Source: Limnochordia bacterium (GTDB lineage: Bacteria > Bacillota > Limnochordia > DTU080). From it: a stretch of DNA of 64,000 nt. Shown here piece after piece: positions 9,464-19,724 of the stretch. Each line of letters opens with the position of its first letter. Position 1 is the stretch's first letter. A program made the position numbers and the translations under genes. Below the pieces are notes generated by a model, which saw only the letters and a program-made list of their open reading frames with translations, ran no database searches and was not told the origin of the DNA. Where the stretch lies: NCBI GenBank assembly GCA_050951545.1, contig JBMNJG010000005.1, forward strand, positions 1-64,000. The letters are read 5' to 3'.

Positions 9464-12180
9464 GTCGACACCTCTTCTTCCAGTCCAAACCGACCATAGA
9501 CATAGTGACGATCGCCGCACAGAAGCCGCGCTGTGCTCTCCACCTCTTGTAGCACACTAACGGTTTCCGCCGGGACGCTCGGGGCCATATGGCCGGGTAT
9601 TACTATCTGCTCGACACTGCGCCCAAAGGGACTCATGAACGGGCTATCAACACGCAGCTGAAGGCTCGCGGCTCCAAGACGCACGGCTACCTTCCCCCCG
9701 GCTTCATTGAACTCCAGAGTAGGGTCGCCAAAAGCCTTGTTGAACACTGCAGCCGCATGGCCTGCGGCAATCGCTTTGGCCAATTCGCCGCCCTCTACGT
9801 TTTGGCCATGGCGAGTCCAACGCTCGCCACCTAGGGAAGCTAGGCACTCCGGATGAGTAACCGCTTCCACGAAGCGTCGGTTATCTCGAGGAATGCTCAC
9901 TTCTGGATACTCCGTCAGCATGCGTTTAGTCAGCTCAAGCGTACGCAAGTCGTCGTACACACTGCCATAGCCAATTCGCATATACGCCCCTGACACGTAC
10001 CCCCTTCCATCTAGAGCGGACTCCAATCCCTCTTCAGGTACAAGCACCAGGCAACGAGGAATCTCGTAACCAACAGGTCGCCTCCGGAGGTGACGATGTA
10101 GCCGCCCGACCCGCTGTAGAAGAACATCCGCCGGGGCCAAGTCAGTGATCAGCAAATCTGCGTCGATGTCGAGACTTTGCTCCAGGGTCTGGGTGCCAAT
10201 CAACAGTATGGGACCGGGCGGGCTGTCGCGCCCTAAGCGCGTGCTAACGGTGCTATCTAGTACCTCACGGTCTGCTGGGGCAAAACGACCATGGTGCGGG
10301 CAAATCACACCGTTGCATCTGAACAACCATTCCGCATCAATTGCGGGGTGCCCCTCAAACACTCTCAGCAGCGTATTAGCTCGACTCACAGTGTTTAGAA
10401 CCATGAGCACCCGAGCCCCGCTCGCCAAGGCTGCAGCCACCCGGTCGACCACTTTCTCCGGGGCAAAGGCTACAGGAAGCAGCTCGAAGCGAACCCGCTT
10501 CGCCTCACCCTGCAAAGGGCCAGTTGTGCGGGTCACACCGTCTGCCAGGGTCACCGCCGGGTACGGGATAGCCTGGGCAGTAGCGAGATCAGGTGGCTCC
10601 TTTTGGTCAACACCGCGATGCACATAGCTGTGTCTAGCCCGAGCCCCCAGAGTGGCCGACAGCAGCATAGCCCGCCCCCCGACGGCTAAGTGATGCTCCA
10701 ACAGACCAGCTAAGAGCCTCGACATGTAGAGATCAGAAGCATGCACCTCGTCCACGACCAGCAGGCTACGATCAAGGCACACTGAGCGCAGATGTGCGTG
10801 GGCAGTCTGCACGGTTGAGAGCAACGCTTGGTCAACGGTGCCCACTGCCACCGTCGCCGCCAAGAAGCGCTTGGGGCGTTCCGCCGCCCAGCATCGGTCC
10901 CGATACTGCAGTTCCCTGTCATCCTGCCAGCGATTCGCGGTTTCATCGTCGGGCAACGCCTTCTCAAGGGTTGACCCGTCCACCTGAGCGTATCCTGGAA
11001 CGGCCAGAACCGTGACTGGGCGCATGTTAGAGTCGGGGAACCAGTTCTCCATGGTCCGCAGCACACGGCGATAGAGTTCCCGCGCCGCCACCCGCGTGGG
11101 AAGGGCGAAATACAGCCCGTCCACTTTGCCCGCCGCGAAAAGCGTGAAAAACCAGTTGAGAGCCGCCTCGGTCTTCCCGGATCCAGTCTCTGACTCAGCA
11201 ATGACTAAGCGCGTGCCCTCATCCTTCGGATCAAGAGCATCAACTGCCGCTTGCAGAGGATAGGGGACGAAACCAAACCGTCCCTGGAAATCCTGAGGGC
11301 CGTCAGCCAAGACAGGCCGTAGATCAGTCACATCAAGGCCCACTGCGCGCATAAGGCGGGGAGCAATCTCTCGATCGTGCCGTAATCGCTCATCGAACGA
11401 CACCTGCTGAATAGGAAACCAGAACGAGTGTGACCCCAGCCAATCAGCGAGCATAACCAGACCCGCGAAACGGTGGTGAAAGCGTGCATTCGCGGGCAGA
11501 GGACGCCCGCCGGGCTCAAAGGCTTCCGGAAATGCCCGGCGGGCCCAGTTCATTATCTCGGCGATGGCGGCCATTGGCTCCCATGGACCCTGGCGGCGCC
11601 ACCACTTCTCCCGAGCCTGGAAGTAGGTTCCTGTCTTCCTCCCCTGAAAGATAAGAGGGCGGCCATGGTGAGAGAAGACCGCCAGGAGATAGCTATAGGC
11701 CACCTCCTCATCTGGGAACCAGGAGAACATGTCATACGAGAGCGCTTCGACAAACGCCATGTGGAGACTCTCGTCAAGGGCCTCCAGATCGAGCAGAGGG
11801 GCTAGCTCGCGAATGTGACCCGCCCGCGGCGCTTTGGGGTCGAAGACTTTGTACTGAAACGCCAAGTTGGCCTTCCCCACATCATGATTCATCCCTAGCA
11901 CCGCTAGACGATCAAGCTGTTGATCCGTAAGGGTCTCACCGCTGGTGTAAGACAACGCCCGCCGGATTCCATCTACGTCACAGAGGGCGCGAAAAACGAT
12001 CGCTACGTCTAGGCAATGCGCGGCTAGGGGCAGGCACCTGGGGCCCTCTTCGGAGAACTTCCCCCAGAATATGCATCTGTGTGCGGCCTCATCCGCTACC
12101 GACCCCTTGGGCATTGACGCAGACACGCGAGAACACCCCCCCTCGTACACCATCGACGATAAGTATGACTCCATTACCAT
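9460..12180 (-). CDS. cas3: Cas3 HD nuclease-helicase (true start probably ~12114-12129)
   Basis: H.LDV, HDVGK, HHG, LADWLGS, ETGSGKTEA, DEVH, SAT, QTLEQSLDID, QRVGRLHRH. Confidence 0.97.
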   Translation of the reverse strand: MVMESYLSSMVYEGGCSRVSASMPKGSVADEAAHRCIFWGKFSEEGPRCLPLAAHCLDVAIVFRALCDVDGIRRALSYTSGETLTDQQLDRLAVLGMNHDVGKANLAFQYKVFDPKAPRAGHIRELAPLLDLEALDESLHMAFVEALSYDMFSWFPDEEVAYSYLLAVFSHHGRPLIFQGRKTGTYFQAREKWWRRQGPWEPMAAIAEIMNWARRAFPEAFEPGGRPLPANARFHHRFAGLVMLADWLGSHSFWFPIQQVSFDERLRHDREIAPRLMRAVGLDVTDLRPVLADGPQDFQGRFGFVPYPLQAAVDALDPKDEGTRLVIAESETGSGKTEAALNWFFTLFAAGKVDGLYFALPTRVAARELYRRVLRTMENWFPDSNMRPVTVLAVPGYAQVDGSTLEKALPDDETANRWQDDRELQYRDRCWAAERPKRFLAATVAVGTVDQALLSTVQTAHAHLRSVCLDRSLLVVDEVHASDLYMSRLLAGLLEHHLAVGGRAMLLSATLGARARHSYVHRGVDQKEPPDLATAQAIPYPAVTLADGVTRTTGPLQGEAKRVRFELLPVAFAPEKVVDRVAAALASGARVLMVLNTVSRANTLLRVFEGHPAIDAEWLFRCNGVICPHHGRFAPADREVLDSTVSTRLGRDSPPGPILLIGTQTLEQSLDIDADLLITDLAPADVLLQRVGRLHRHLRRRPVGYEIPRCLVLVPEEGLESALDGRGYVSGAYMRIGYGSVYDDLRTLELTKRMLTEYPEVSIPRDNRRFVEAVTHPECLASLGGERWTRHGQNVEGGELAKAIAAGHAAAVFNKAFGDPTLEFNEAGGKVAVRLGAASLQLRVDSPFMSPFGRSVEQIVIPGHMAPSVPAETVSVLQEVESTARLLCGDRHYVYGRFGLEEEVST

Positions 12181-12226
12181 TTCGCACAGGAATACATCGA
12201 ATCCTGCTGATGAACCCGCATATCTT

Positions 12227-13498
12227 CTATTTCAGCTGAGTTAGGCGCTCCGCGATGATGCTATTGATGATGGCCTCTGCGGACTCCAATGCGGTGCCAA
12301 TGGCCATTTCGCCTCTGATAGCCTTCGCCAAGAAGCTGCCTGCTGGCAAACGGAACTCTGGAAAGAAGGGGTTCGTGGCACCATAGCTCGCCATCGGTGA
12401 GAAAAGACTAGCCATCTGCTGCAGTGCATACGGCCGCTTCTGAAGATCGCGATCATTTCTTTGCGATATGCGTGCCGAAAGAGTTGAACCATGAGCAAGA
12501 AGATACTGCCTAATGTTCTTCGGTTCAGCAAAACTCTTCATGACCTGCCAAGCTTCATCCGGATGTCCGGTTGCAGACACCATGAACAGAGTCCCGGCAT
12601 TGACATGCACTGTGCTCTGATCGGCTCGCGGCCCTACATAACGGTGAAACTCGACGTTTGCCGTAGCCGCCGAGATCTGATCGGCCATCCGCGTGAGAGT
12701 GTAGCCGAGGACCTGACGTTGTATGCCTACAGTGCCGTTCAAGAGAGACGGGAGACTACCCGGCCCCCTTAAGCCAGCCTCTGCGATATCCGTCAGGTAG
12801 GTCAAAGCTCGGTGAGCTTCATTCGTTTTCAGGTTCGCGGATAGCCCCTCAACCTCGATCATGGTGCTTCCTACCTGCTCCAAAGCCAGCTGAAAATCAA
12901 GAACCGCCCCCAAATCGCTGGTAGGGGTCGAGCACCCATAGACTGTTACCTTGCCATCCGATTCCCTTTGGACGAGTCTGCGGACTGCCGTCAGCATATC
13001 ATCCCAGTTGGTCGGTTTGGCGATGCCACGGCTGTTGAGCATATCCATGTTGTACAAGACACCCACCGGCCACACACTAAACGGCAGAGCCCAGGTGTGC
13101 CCCTTGTAGCGTAGCCCCTGCATCACGTCCGGAAAGAAGTCCCCGCGATCCGGCATCGCCGCTAGATACACGTCAAGAGGTGTCGCTATCTCAGTGATCA
13201 TCCACTGGGGCATCACATTCGCCGAGTCGTAGAAGATATCTGGTGCGATGCCACCAGCGATGGCGACGACAAGTTTCTCGCGCAGGGGTGTCACCGCGGG
13301 ATGCATCTCGGCATTGAGCTGAATGCCAGCATGATCTCGGTTAAAGGCCTCCTCAAACTCACTAAGCCACTGGCTTACACCTGCTGGCTGCGATGACAGC
13401 CACATTGTAATAGGCGTCTTCGCCCGCCCCGAGCACGCCAATGCACATAGCAGACAGAAAGTGGCGACCACAATGACCCTCTTGCCGTTCACAACCAT
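12227..13498 (-). CDS. ABC transporter sugar-type solute-binding protein
   Basis: Signal peptide; AIAGGIAPDI, WALPF, LYNMDML, PTNWDD. Confidence 0.88.
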   Translation of the reverse strand: MVVNGKRVIVVATFCLLCALACSGRAKTPITMWLSSQPAGVSQWLSEFEEAFNRDHAGIQLNAEMHPAVTPLREKLVVAIAGGIAPDIFYDSANVMPQWMITEIATPLDVYLAAMPDRGDFFPDVMQGLRYKGHTWALPFSVWPVGVLYNMDMLNSRGIAKPTNWDDMLTAVRRLVQRESDGKVTVYGCSTPTSDLGAVLDFQLALEQVGSTMIEVEGLSANLKTNEAHRALTYLTDIAEAGLRGPGSLPSLLNGTVGIQRQVLGYTLTRMADQISAATANVEFHRYVGPRADQSTVHVNAGTLFMVSATGHPDEAWQVMKSFAEPKNIRQYLLAHGSTLSARISQRNDRDLQKRPYALQQMASLFSPMASYGATNPFFPEFRLPAGSFLAKAIRGEMAIGTALESAEAIINSIIAERLTQLK

Positions 13499-13658
13499 TA
13501 CCTAACCTCCTATGGAAAACAAGAAAATCATATTCGCAGATGACCCTTCTGTAGGGATGGCCCTATCCCTTCCACACGGGTGCTCCTCAGGTGACGGAAT
13601 CCCCTGGTCCTCGGCGAATCAGCAAGGAAGTGCACCCTCAGAAGCGGACTGACCCCGC

Positions 13659-13684
13659 GAACCTTTGTCAGTCTTCGGAGCGTC
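13659..13684 (+). promoter_or_regulatory. ECF-type promoter GAACC-N17-CGTC (likely autoregulatory)
   Basis: AAC/CGTC ECF consensus 30 bp upstream of the ECF sigma gene. Confidence 0.55.
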
Positions 13685-13713
13685 TTGATAGTTAGGAGAG
13701 CAGGTGAAGGAAA

Positions 13714-14271
13714 TTGGCTGGGCCCAGTGATGCTTGTCTTATCCAGGCCTGTCTGAGTGGAGATACCGTAGCGTTTGCCACACTAATACTCCGTCACGGA
13801 GAGCCCGTGGCCGCCCTGATCAGACGCCGCATTCCCGCCAGTGATGTCGAGGATGTGCTACAAGAGACGCTACTTAGCGTCTGGACGCACCTGGGGACAC
13901 TCTCTGACAGCGGGCAGCTCAAGGCTTGGCTGCTCCAGATTGCCCGCAGCCGCTGCTCTGACTATTACCGCTCGCCAAGCCGCCGTGATGTACCACTGGA
14001 GGATGATGACCTGGGGCACCTGGTAAACAGATATGGCCGGGCGCAACCGCCAGATGAAGGAGCAGAGGTGCACGACGCACTCGGCCGACTCTCGCCCCCA
14101 CTCCAGATTACGGCTCGGCTCTTTTACCTTGAGGATCTTTCCATCGCCCAGATATCACGTCAGCTGCAATGCCCACAGGGTACAGTCAAGCGCAGACTGT
14201 ACTCTGCTAGAAACCACTTGCGCCAGCTTCTCGGCGATACGCCGACAAAGGGAGAGAGTGAACGTGAGTGA
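13714..14271 (+). CDS. ECF sigma-70 factor
   Basis: DVEDVLQET, AWLLQIAR (region 2); LSIAQIS..GTVKRRLYSAR (region 4). Confidence 0.93.
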   Translation: MAGPSDACLIQACLSGDTVAFATLILRHGEPVAALIRRRIPASDVEDVLQETLLSVWTHLGTLSDSGQLKAWLLQIARSRCSDYYRSPSRRDVPLEDDDLGHLVNRYGRAQPPDEGAEVHDALGRLSPPLQITARLFYLEDLSIAQISRQLQCPQGTVKRRLYSARNHLRQLLGDTPTKGESERE

Positions 14272-15046
14272 GCAGAGCACGCATCGTTTTCCAGATCACA
14301 AACCGCCCGTTCATGTTGCCAAGGTGCCAGGGAAGTGCTTTGCTGTGGACTGCCCCGAGTTACGCTGGTGGTTCGGAGTACCCAAGCTCGGAGATCGGAC
14401 CACATGGGCCCTCTACGATGGCCCGGACTGGCATCTGTCGAGTGTAACGCGCCTGCAGACCGTCGGAGCTTGTTCGGTTCACGATATCGCAGGGACAGAG
14501 ATCCGCGTGGACGAGTGGGACCCTGCAGGCGAGTGGAGACACAGAGTGTGGACGATGTACGCCCACCTAACACAGGAGCGTGTAGGTTGGCTGGCAGTCG
14601 CTCGTCGTACGAACAATCGCTGCAGCATTCGAACTTTCCTAGACGGCGGCTTCGACACCGATTGGGGAGAAACCAGCCGCCTTATCGAAGACCGTGGACG
14701 CTTCAGCAGCGAAGGCAAAAGCGTCTATCGTCAGACCTCAATGGACCCCGAGGCCTTGGGCTGTGGTCTGTATACAGTAACCGTTGGGGCACAGTCCTTC
14801 GAGTGTCTGCGTGTGCTTGATCCTGGCCACGAGGCTAGCGAGAAAGGCATTCTGGTGGAAGCCTTCCTCACCCGCCATGGGCGTACGGTCGTTTTCCGAC
14901 GCTATAACGGCCGCCTTTGGGGCACGGGGCCAGACAGTACCCGACCTCCGTGGGATCAACAGCTACCAACTAACCAACAGATCATCATCGACGGCGTAAC
15001 CTACGTGCACTGGTACGACTGCCTGACCCACTTCGCTCTCGGCTAG
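14264..15046 (+). CDS. Trp-rich soluble hypothetical protein coupled to the ECF sigma factor
   Basis: GTG start with GGAG RBS overlaps the sigma stop; ~260 aa, ends YVHWYDCL; followed by a terminator. Confidence 0.8.
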   Translation: MSEQSTHRFPDHKPPVHVAKVPGKCFAVDCPELRWWFGVPKLGDRTTWALYDGPDWHLSSVTRLQTVGACSVHDIAGTEIRVDEWDPAGEWRHRVWTMYAHLTQERVGWLAVARRTNNRCSIRTFLDGGFDTDWGETSRLIEDRGRFSSEGKSVYRQTSMDPEALGCGLYTVTVGAQSFECLRVLDPGHEASEKGILVEAFLTRHGRTVVFRRYNGRLWGTGPDSTRPPWDQQLPTNQQIIIDGVTYVHWYDCLTHFALG

Positions 15047-15070
15047 GTAGGCCCGGTACGGCAAAGACAC

Positions 15071-15100
15071 GAAAAGCGGGTTCCGCAGAACCCGCTTTTC
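15071..15100. terminator. Bidirectional intrinsic terminator
   Basis: GAAAAGCGGGTTC-CGCA-GAACCCGCTTTTC. Confidence 0.85.
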
Positions 15101-15248
15101 GTGTTACCGCAGAGGGCTAGGCTAAAGCTCCAGCCCCTCCCGGTTGTCAATCAAAACAACCACCCCCTTCATCAGGGTCTGGTAGCGCGCTACCACGCCT
15201 ATTGTCATCCATATCACGCACCAGATCTAGACCCGAGAATGGTTCTTG

Positions 15249-15512
15249 TCATTTTTTCCTCAGGATTTTGCGCACACTGTCACAGGACAGGAAGTAACGT
15301 GCTGCCAGGGCCTCGATCTCTTCACCCGCAGCATAGCATTTGCGTATCTCTGCGTTGCGCTGGGCCAGCAGACGGCGACTGCCGCTCTTCACGCCCCAGC
15401 CTGCCGGTTCGCCCTTGATCGGAACGTAGATCTGCACGCCCTGCACATACTCCTGCAGCTGCTCAACCAGTTCTTGCGGCAGCACCTCGGCTGCATTGCG
15501 ATAGATCTTCAA
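15249..15512 (-). CDS. CD3324-family / Mor-like small DNA-binding protein
   Basis: Y.NA.EVLP.EL..QLQEYVQG..IYVP, RNAEIR..Y..G, LA.RYFLS..SVRKI. Confidence 0.8.
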   Translation of the reverse strand: MKIYRNAAEVLPQELVEQLQEYVQGVQIYVPIKGEPAGWGVKSGSRRLLAQRNAEIRKCYAAGEEIEALAARYFLSCDSVRKILRKK

Positions 15513-15637
15513 ATGAACCCCCCCGAAGTGAGAGATCACCGTAACCGAAACTCCAGATCATCACACACACCTCCTCGGGTGGGATTTGTAGGTCGGCTAT
15601 TAGACCTTACTTCATACACGTCTCACTATACCACGGA

Positions 15638-16855
15638 TTACGGGGCATCTGCAGCTTTTTTCCCCTTGATTCCGGCATCCCACAGCTCCACCAGCAAGCG
15701 ATTGGCGTTATCCACCACCAGTGACTCGCTCCCCTTGCTCATCCGGGTGACCGTAGCTTCATAGCCACCTTCCCAAAAGGCCGTGCGCGTAGCCAGATAT
15801 CCAGTTGACTGATTGGCCAGCGACAGGACCAATGTCCGTGGAAATGGTGAGCGCTGTTGCAGAGCCAGGCCTGTCTCGGCAAAGATCTCACCCGGTAACG
15901 AGACGATGCCCAAGTCACCGAGATGGAGCGTTGTAATCTCAAAAGGCATTGGGGAATCCTTGGCCGCTGGCAGGTTGAGGCATTCGTGCACTACATTCAA
16001 GCGGACAGGGCTTGGCTTGGCCATCTCTGCAGCCTGACAGACCGCCCCCGCCAGATACCGACCTAGACGGGCCCTTTGCCCCTCACCGCGCTGAAGCGGG
16101 ACCACATTGCCGGCCGTACCCAAAGCGAAGAGGCACGGCACCTGGTAGATGGCTTCTACTGCTTCTCGCAACACCCCAGGATAGTCGGATGAGATGCCGT
16201 AGAAATCACCGCCGCCCACTACCGGATGGATGCCCACCGATGTGAGAAAAAGCACCGCTTGCCCTTGGGCATCATCAAAACGTAGCACAGTTAGTTTCGG
16301 ATCAACTGGGCCAAACTCCAGATCAGGTTCAGGCAGCGGAAGGCGATACACCGTGCAGCATGTGCCGTCCGGCCGTCTCAGACGCCGGTTGAACATCATC
16401 GCTCCCACATCAGCCGTGCCGATGCGCAGGAAGACTTCTTTGGTGTCTGCGGCTGCCGAGACCGCCGCCTGCGCCATGCCAGCCACGGCGTCCTCCAACC
16501 AGGTTTCATGCTCCCTTCCCGCCATCTCAAAGACGCGTACGGCCGGGCCAAAATGCGTATGTGTGCCGAGCACAACCACATGCTCGGTGGGCATTGACAG
16601 TTGCTCACCCACCTGCGCACGTAGACGCCTGCCCCAACTCTCATCGACACCCACCAGATCCGCCACCAGCAGGACAGCGCGCACATCGCCCTGTTCTAAG
16701 TAAAGGGCGCGTGCCGTCAATGGATCTTCCACCGTCTCGAAAAGCCGCTTCCCCCTGGCTGAATACCCAGCCATGGGAACTGGCGATGTAGGAGTGATCG
16801 TCACCTGACTGTATCCCACACGTAAACCGCATGTTTCTTCTGTCATCTGTTCCAC
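15638..16855 (-). CDS. Neutral/alkaline ceramidase-like hydrolase
   Basis: ITP...MAGY, DPL.ARAL, THTH.GP, HP, SSDYPG, PGEIF, GGYE. Confidence 0.8.
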   Translation of the reverse strand: MEQMTEETCGLRVGYSQVTITPTSPVPMAGYSARGKRLFETVEDPLTARALYLEQGDVRAVLLVADLVGVDESWGRRLRAQVGEQLSMPTEHVVVLGTHTHFGPAVRVFEMAGREHETWLEDAVAGMAQAAVSAAADTKEVFLRIGTADVGAMMFNRRLRRPDGTCCTVYRLPLPEPDLEFGPVDPKLTVLRFDDAQGQAVLFLTSVGIHPVVGGGDFYGISSDYPGVLREAVEAIYQVPCLFALGTAGNVVPLQRGEGQRARLGRYLAGAVCQAAEMAKPSPVRLNVVHECLNLPAAKDSPMPFEITTLHLGDLGIVSLPGEIFAETGLALQQRSPFPRTLVLSLANQSTGYLATRTAFWEGGYEATVTRMSKGSESLVVDNANRLLVELWDAGIKGKKAADAP

Positions 16856-16905
16856 CCCCCAAGAGAACTATAGCATGCAACGGTCCTTCTGAGCGATAAA
16901 CCAAA

Positions 16906-16934
16906 TACGCCCGAGCCACAGGGGCCCGGGCGTA
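16906..16934 (-). repeat. REP/terminator-like hairpin, copy 1
   Basis: TACGCCCGAGCC-N5-GGCCCGGGCGTA; same stem at 28591-28619. Confidence 0.7.
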
Positions 16935-16962
16935 CTTTCTATACTTTGCACGAATATGTGGT

Positions 16963-18195
16963 CTAGTCCAGATTGGCAGCGATGAGGATCAACTGCTTGA
17001 TTCCCGTGTAGATGGGCTCAATCTCAGCCCACTCGTCAAGGGAGTGAGCTCCGCCACCTTTCCCCACACCGATGGCCACGGCGTAGATTCCTTTGCCGAT
17101 AGCGGCGTTCGAATCACATGAACCCATATTGCTCAGCCTCGCCTCTATACCAAGGCTCGCCAGAGCATCAACCGTAGTGCGGATCAACTTGTGCTCCAAA
17201 GCGCCTGGAAGCTGGCCACCGGGGATGTCGGTCTGCAACTCGAAGCTGACTGTGGCCCCCGTCTCTTGCGCCACCGCTTCGCAGATCTCTGTGACTTGCT
17301 TGTCGATCCGAACCAAGATATCGCCATCCATAGACCGCATGTCAACGGTAAACCAAGCCTCGGCCGCGATAGCGTTCGCCACAGTGCCCCCGCCCAAGGT
17401 GCCCACGTTCATCACCGTTCTGGGCTCAGCAGGTATCTCAATCTCCTGGTACAAACGATCAATGGCTATAGCCAGGCTCTTGGCGGCGCTAGGCCTGCCA
17501 CGACTGCTGAGGGAATGCCCTGCGGGCACGTTGAAGGTCACCTTAAGCCAGCGGATCCCAAGCGCTCCATAGGAGACTCCACCCAGACCGCCGTCAACTG
17601 CCGCCACCATGTCGATTGGCTTGTCGTAGGTCGCCAGGAAATGCTTCATGCCATTGAGACCGATCTCTTCCTGCGTGGTGGCCAAGAAGATAATGTTGAC
17701 CTTGGGTAACACGTTACCGGCCTTCAGTGCCTTGATGGTGTGAATAAGGGCAACCACGGAAGAGGTGTTGTCTCCCGCGCCGGGAACGTAAATCCTGCCG
17801 TCTTTGGTAACCGGGTCAAGCACGGTATCCATCGAAAACACTGTGTCCATATGAGCTGCGAAGACCAAGGTGGGGGCGCTATCGCTTGCCGGAAGTAACC
17901 CAACCACGTTTTTGATGTCATCAATGTAGACAGTCTCCAGACCAGCTTCTAGCATCCGCTGCTTGATCCACTGGGAACGTAGCTCCTCCTGCTTTGAAGG
18001 AGCGGGAATACGAGCCAGCTCCAACCAGTCAGAAAGAATGCTCTCTCTATGGCTATCTACATACGCAAAGGCTTCCTCAACACTGGCTCCCACGGCAAGA
18101 GCGCCAAACGTAAGTAGGCAGACCACCAAACCACTTGCCAATGCTACCCGAAACCATAACAAGACTGCCCGACGTCGACTCGAACCCATGTGCAC
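16963..18195 (-). CDS. Secreted M20/M25/M40 metallopeptidase
   Basis: Signal peptide; AHMDTV, GAGDN, QEEIG, GHS, H..DE. Confidence 0.9.
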   Translation of the reverse strand: MHMGSSRRRAVLLWFRVALASGLVVCLLTFGALAVGASVEEAFAYVDSHRESILSDWLELARIPAPSKQEELRSQWIKQRMLEAGLETVYIDDIKNVVGLLPASDSAPTLVFAAHMDTVFSMDTVLDPVTKDGRIYVPGAGDNTSSVVALIHTIKALKAGNVLPKVNIIFLATTQEEIGLNGMKHFLATYDKPIDMVAAVDGGLGGVSYGALGIRWLKVTFNVPAGHSLSSRGRPSAAKSLAIAIDRLYQEIEIPAEPRTVMNVGTLGGGTVANAIAAEAWFTVDMRSMDGDILVRIDKQVTEICEAVAQETGATVSFELQTDIPGGQLPGALEHKLIRTTVDALASLGIEARLSNMGSCDSNAAIGKGIYAVAIGVGKGGGAHSLDEWAEIEPIYTGIKQLILIAANLD

Positions 18196-18281
18196 GGCAC
18201 CTCCATATAGCTTTGGCCACTAGAATACCTGCTCCAGGCCTTTCGCGCAAGGGGACTTTAGGCCTACAGGGCCCAGTTAGC

Positions 18282-19724
18282 TCACAACAAGATGCTGCGA
18301 AGATCGCCGCCATAGCCGAAATCCTCAAGAAACTGCAAGTGCTGAGCCAACTCCCCCACCTCATACTGCTCATGAGCGTCGCTTCCGAGCGAGATCCTCA
18401 CACCTGCATCAATGCACAGGCGGAAAAACTCCGGATCTGGTGAGTTGGTATGGAAGTTCAGCTCAGCGGCCACGCCATGCCTGCGCAACAAGCGCACAAC
18501 CGGCTCATAGAGAAAGGTCGGCACCTCAACACCGCTGCGACGAAAGATGCGAAAAGGATGCGCGAGTACATGGATCCCGCTGGCAACCAGCCTCTCTAAC
18601 ACACCAAGAAACTCATCTGCCAAGCGCTGCACGTCCGTTGGCCTGTTTAGGGACGCGGGGAGAAAATGCACAGCTCCCAGAAGCAGCTCCGACCGATGTC
18701 GATCATCAGACAGAAGAACCGGCGTGCCATGGCAATCGCAATCGACCTCCAGGCCAGCTCGCACCGTCTCACTCAAGACGCGCTCCACGCTCTTCCAGTA
18801 CTGAGGCATGCGTCCGGGTAGGCCTTGGTGGACGTCAGAAAAACCCTCACACCACGATGGATCTCTACCATAGTACAGTTGGCTGGTGTGCTCTGTGAAG
18901 ACCATCCCGGACAGCCCAAAGAGCTCTGCCAGTTCCGCTGACACCACCATGTTCATGTTGCGCCCGCAGTAGGCATATTCACTATGTACGTGCCGATCCA
19001 CCAAACCAAGGTCGGCTGACAGCTTGAGTGCATGAGAGGTCGCAGAGATGCCATCGTCATCAAGCGTGATCACACTGAAACTGAACGGCTCCTCACACAA
19101 AGCCTTCACCGCCACATAAGCGCACCCGTGATGCTGGATCAATTCTGAGCCGGCGTGATAGTGCCCGCTGATCGACAGCGTAATCGCCTGCTCTTCCATT
19201 ACCTCTATGATCTCATCCCTGTTCGTGTACCCGTACGGGCAATTCGCCAAGCCTGGAGGGAAAAGCGGCACATGCTGCAAAAGGACGATAGGCCCGTCGT
19301 GGCCGTTACGCGCCGCCCGCATCCGATCGAGATCATACGGGAGACGCCTGGCATTATACCCAGGTTCCTCGGGATCCACGAAGCTCAGAAACCGTACTGG
19401 CCCAATATCGACGATGGGGGCTGGTCTTTCCATCACCCCATAGAACACGTCTGGTGCAGGATCATGATTGCCAGGAATCGCTATGACCGGACACTGTAGC
19501 ATATCGAGCATTTGCTTGAGGGTCTGTAGGCGCTCCAGCGCATTAGCGGCTTGAGGAGCATCCAGACAATCCCCGAGTACCACGAGCACATCCGGTCTAA
19601 TCATCTGGTCTAGACGATGAATCACCCGTGCGAGCAGAATGTCTGCGTACTCGCCCCGTCGCGTCGGAAGAGGGCAACTCGATGCGTAATGTAGATCTGT
19701 GACCACAGCTATCGTGAATGCCAT
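18282..19724 (-). CDS. Calcineurin-like metallophosphoesterase fused to a PHP domain
   Basis: N-term DLH, GD..D, GNHD, GHYH; C-term D.HVH, TEH, AHP.R, ELN, GSDAH. Confidence 0.88.
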   Translation of the reverse strand: MAFTIAVVTDLHYASSCPLPTRRGEYADILLARVIHRLDQMIRPDVLVVLGDCLDAPQAANALERLQTLKQMLDMLQCPVIAIPGNHDPAPDVFYGVMERPAPIVDIGPVRFLSFVDPEEPGYNARRLPYDLDRMRAARNGHDGPIVLLQHVPLFPPGLANCPYGYTNRDEIIEVMEEQAITLSISGHYHAGSELIQHHGCAYVAVKALCEEPFSFSVITLDDDGISATSHALKLSADLGLVDRHVHSEYAYCGRNMNMVVSAELAELFGLSGMVFTEHTSQLYYGRDPSWCEGFSDVHQGLPGRMPQYWKSVERVLSETVRAGLEVDCDCHGTPVLLSDDRHRSELLLGAVHFLPASLNRPTDVQRLADEFLGVLERLVASGIHVLAHPFRIFRRSGVEVPTFLYEPVVRLLRRHGVAAELNFHTNSPDPEFFRLCIDAGVRISLGSDAHEQYEVGELAQHLQFLEDFGYGGDLRSILL

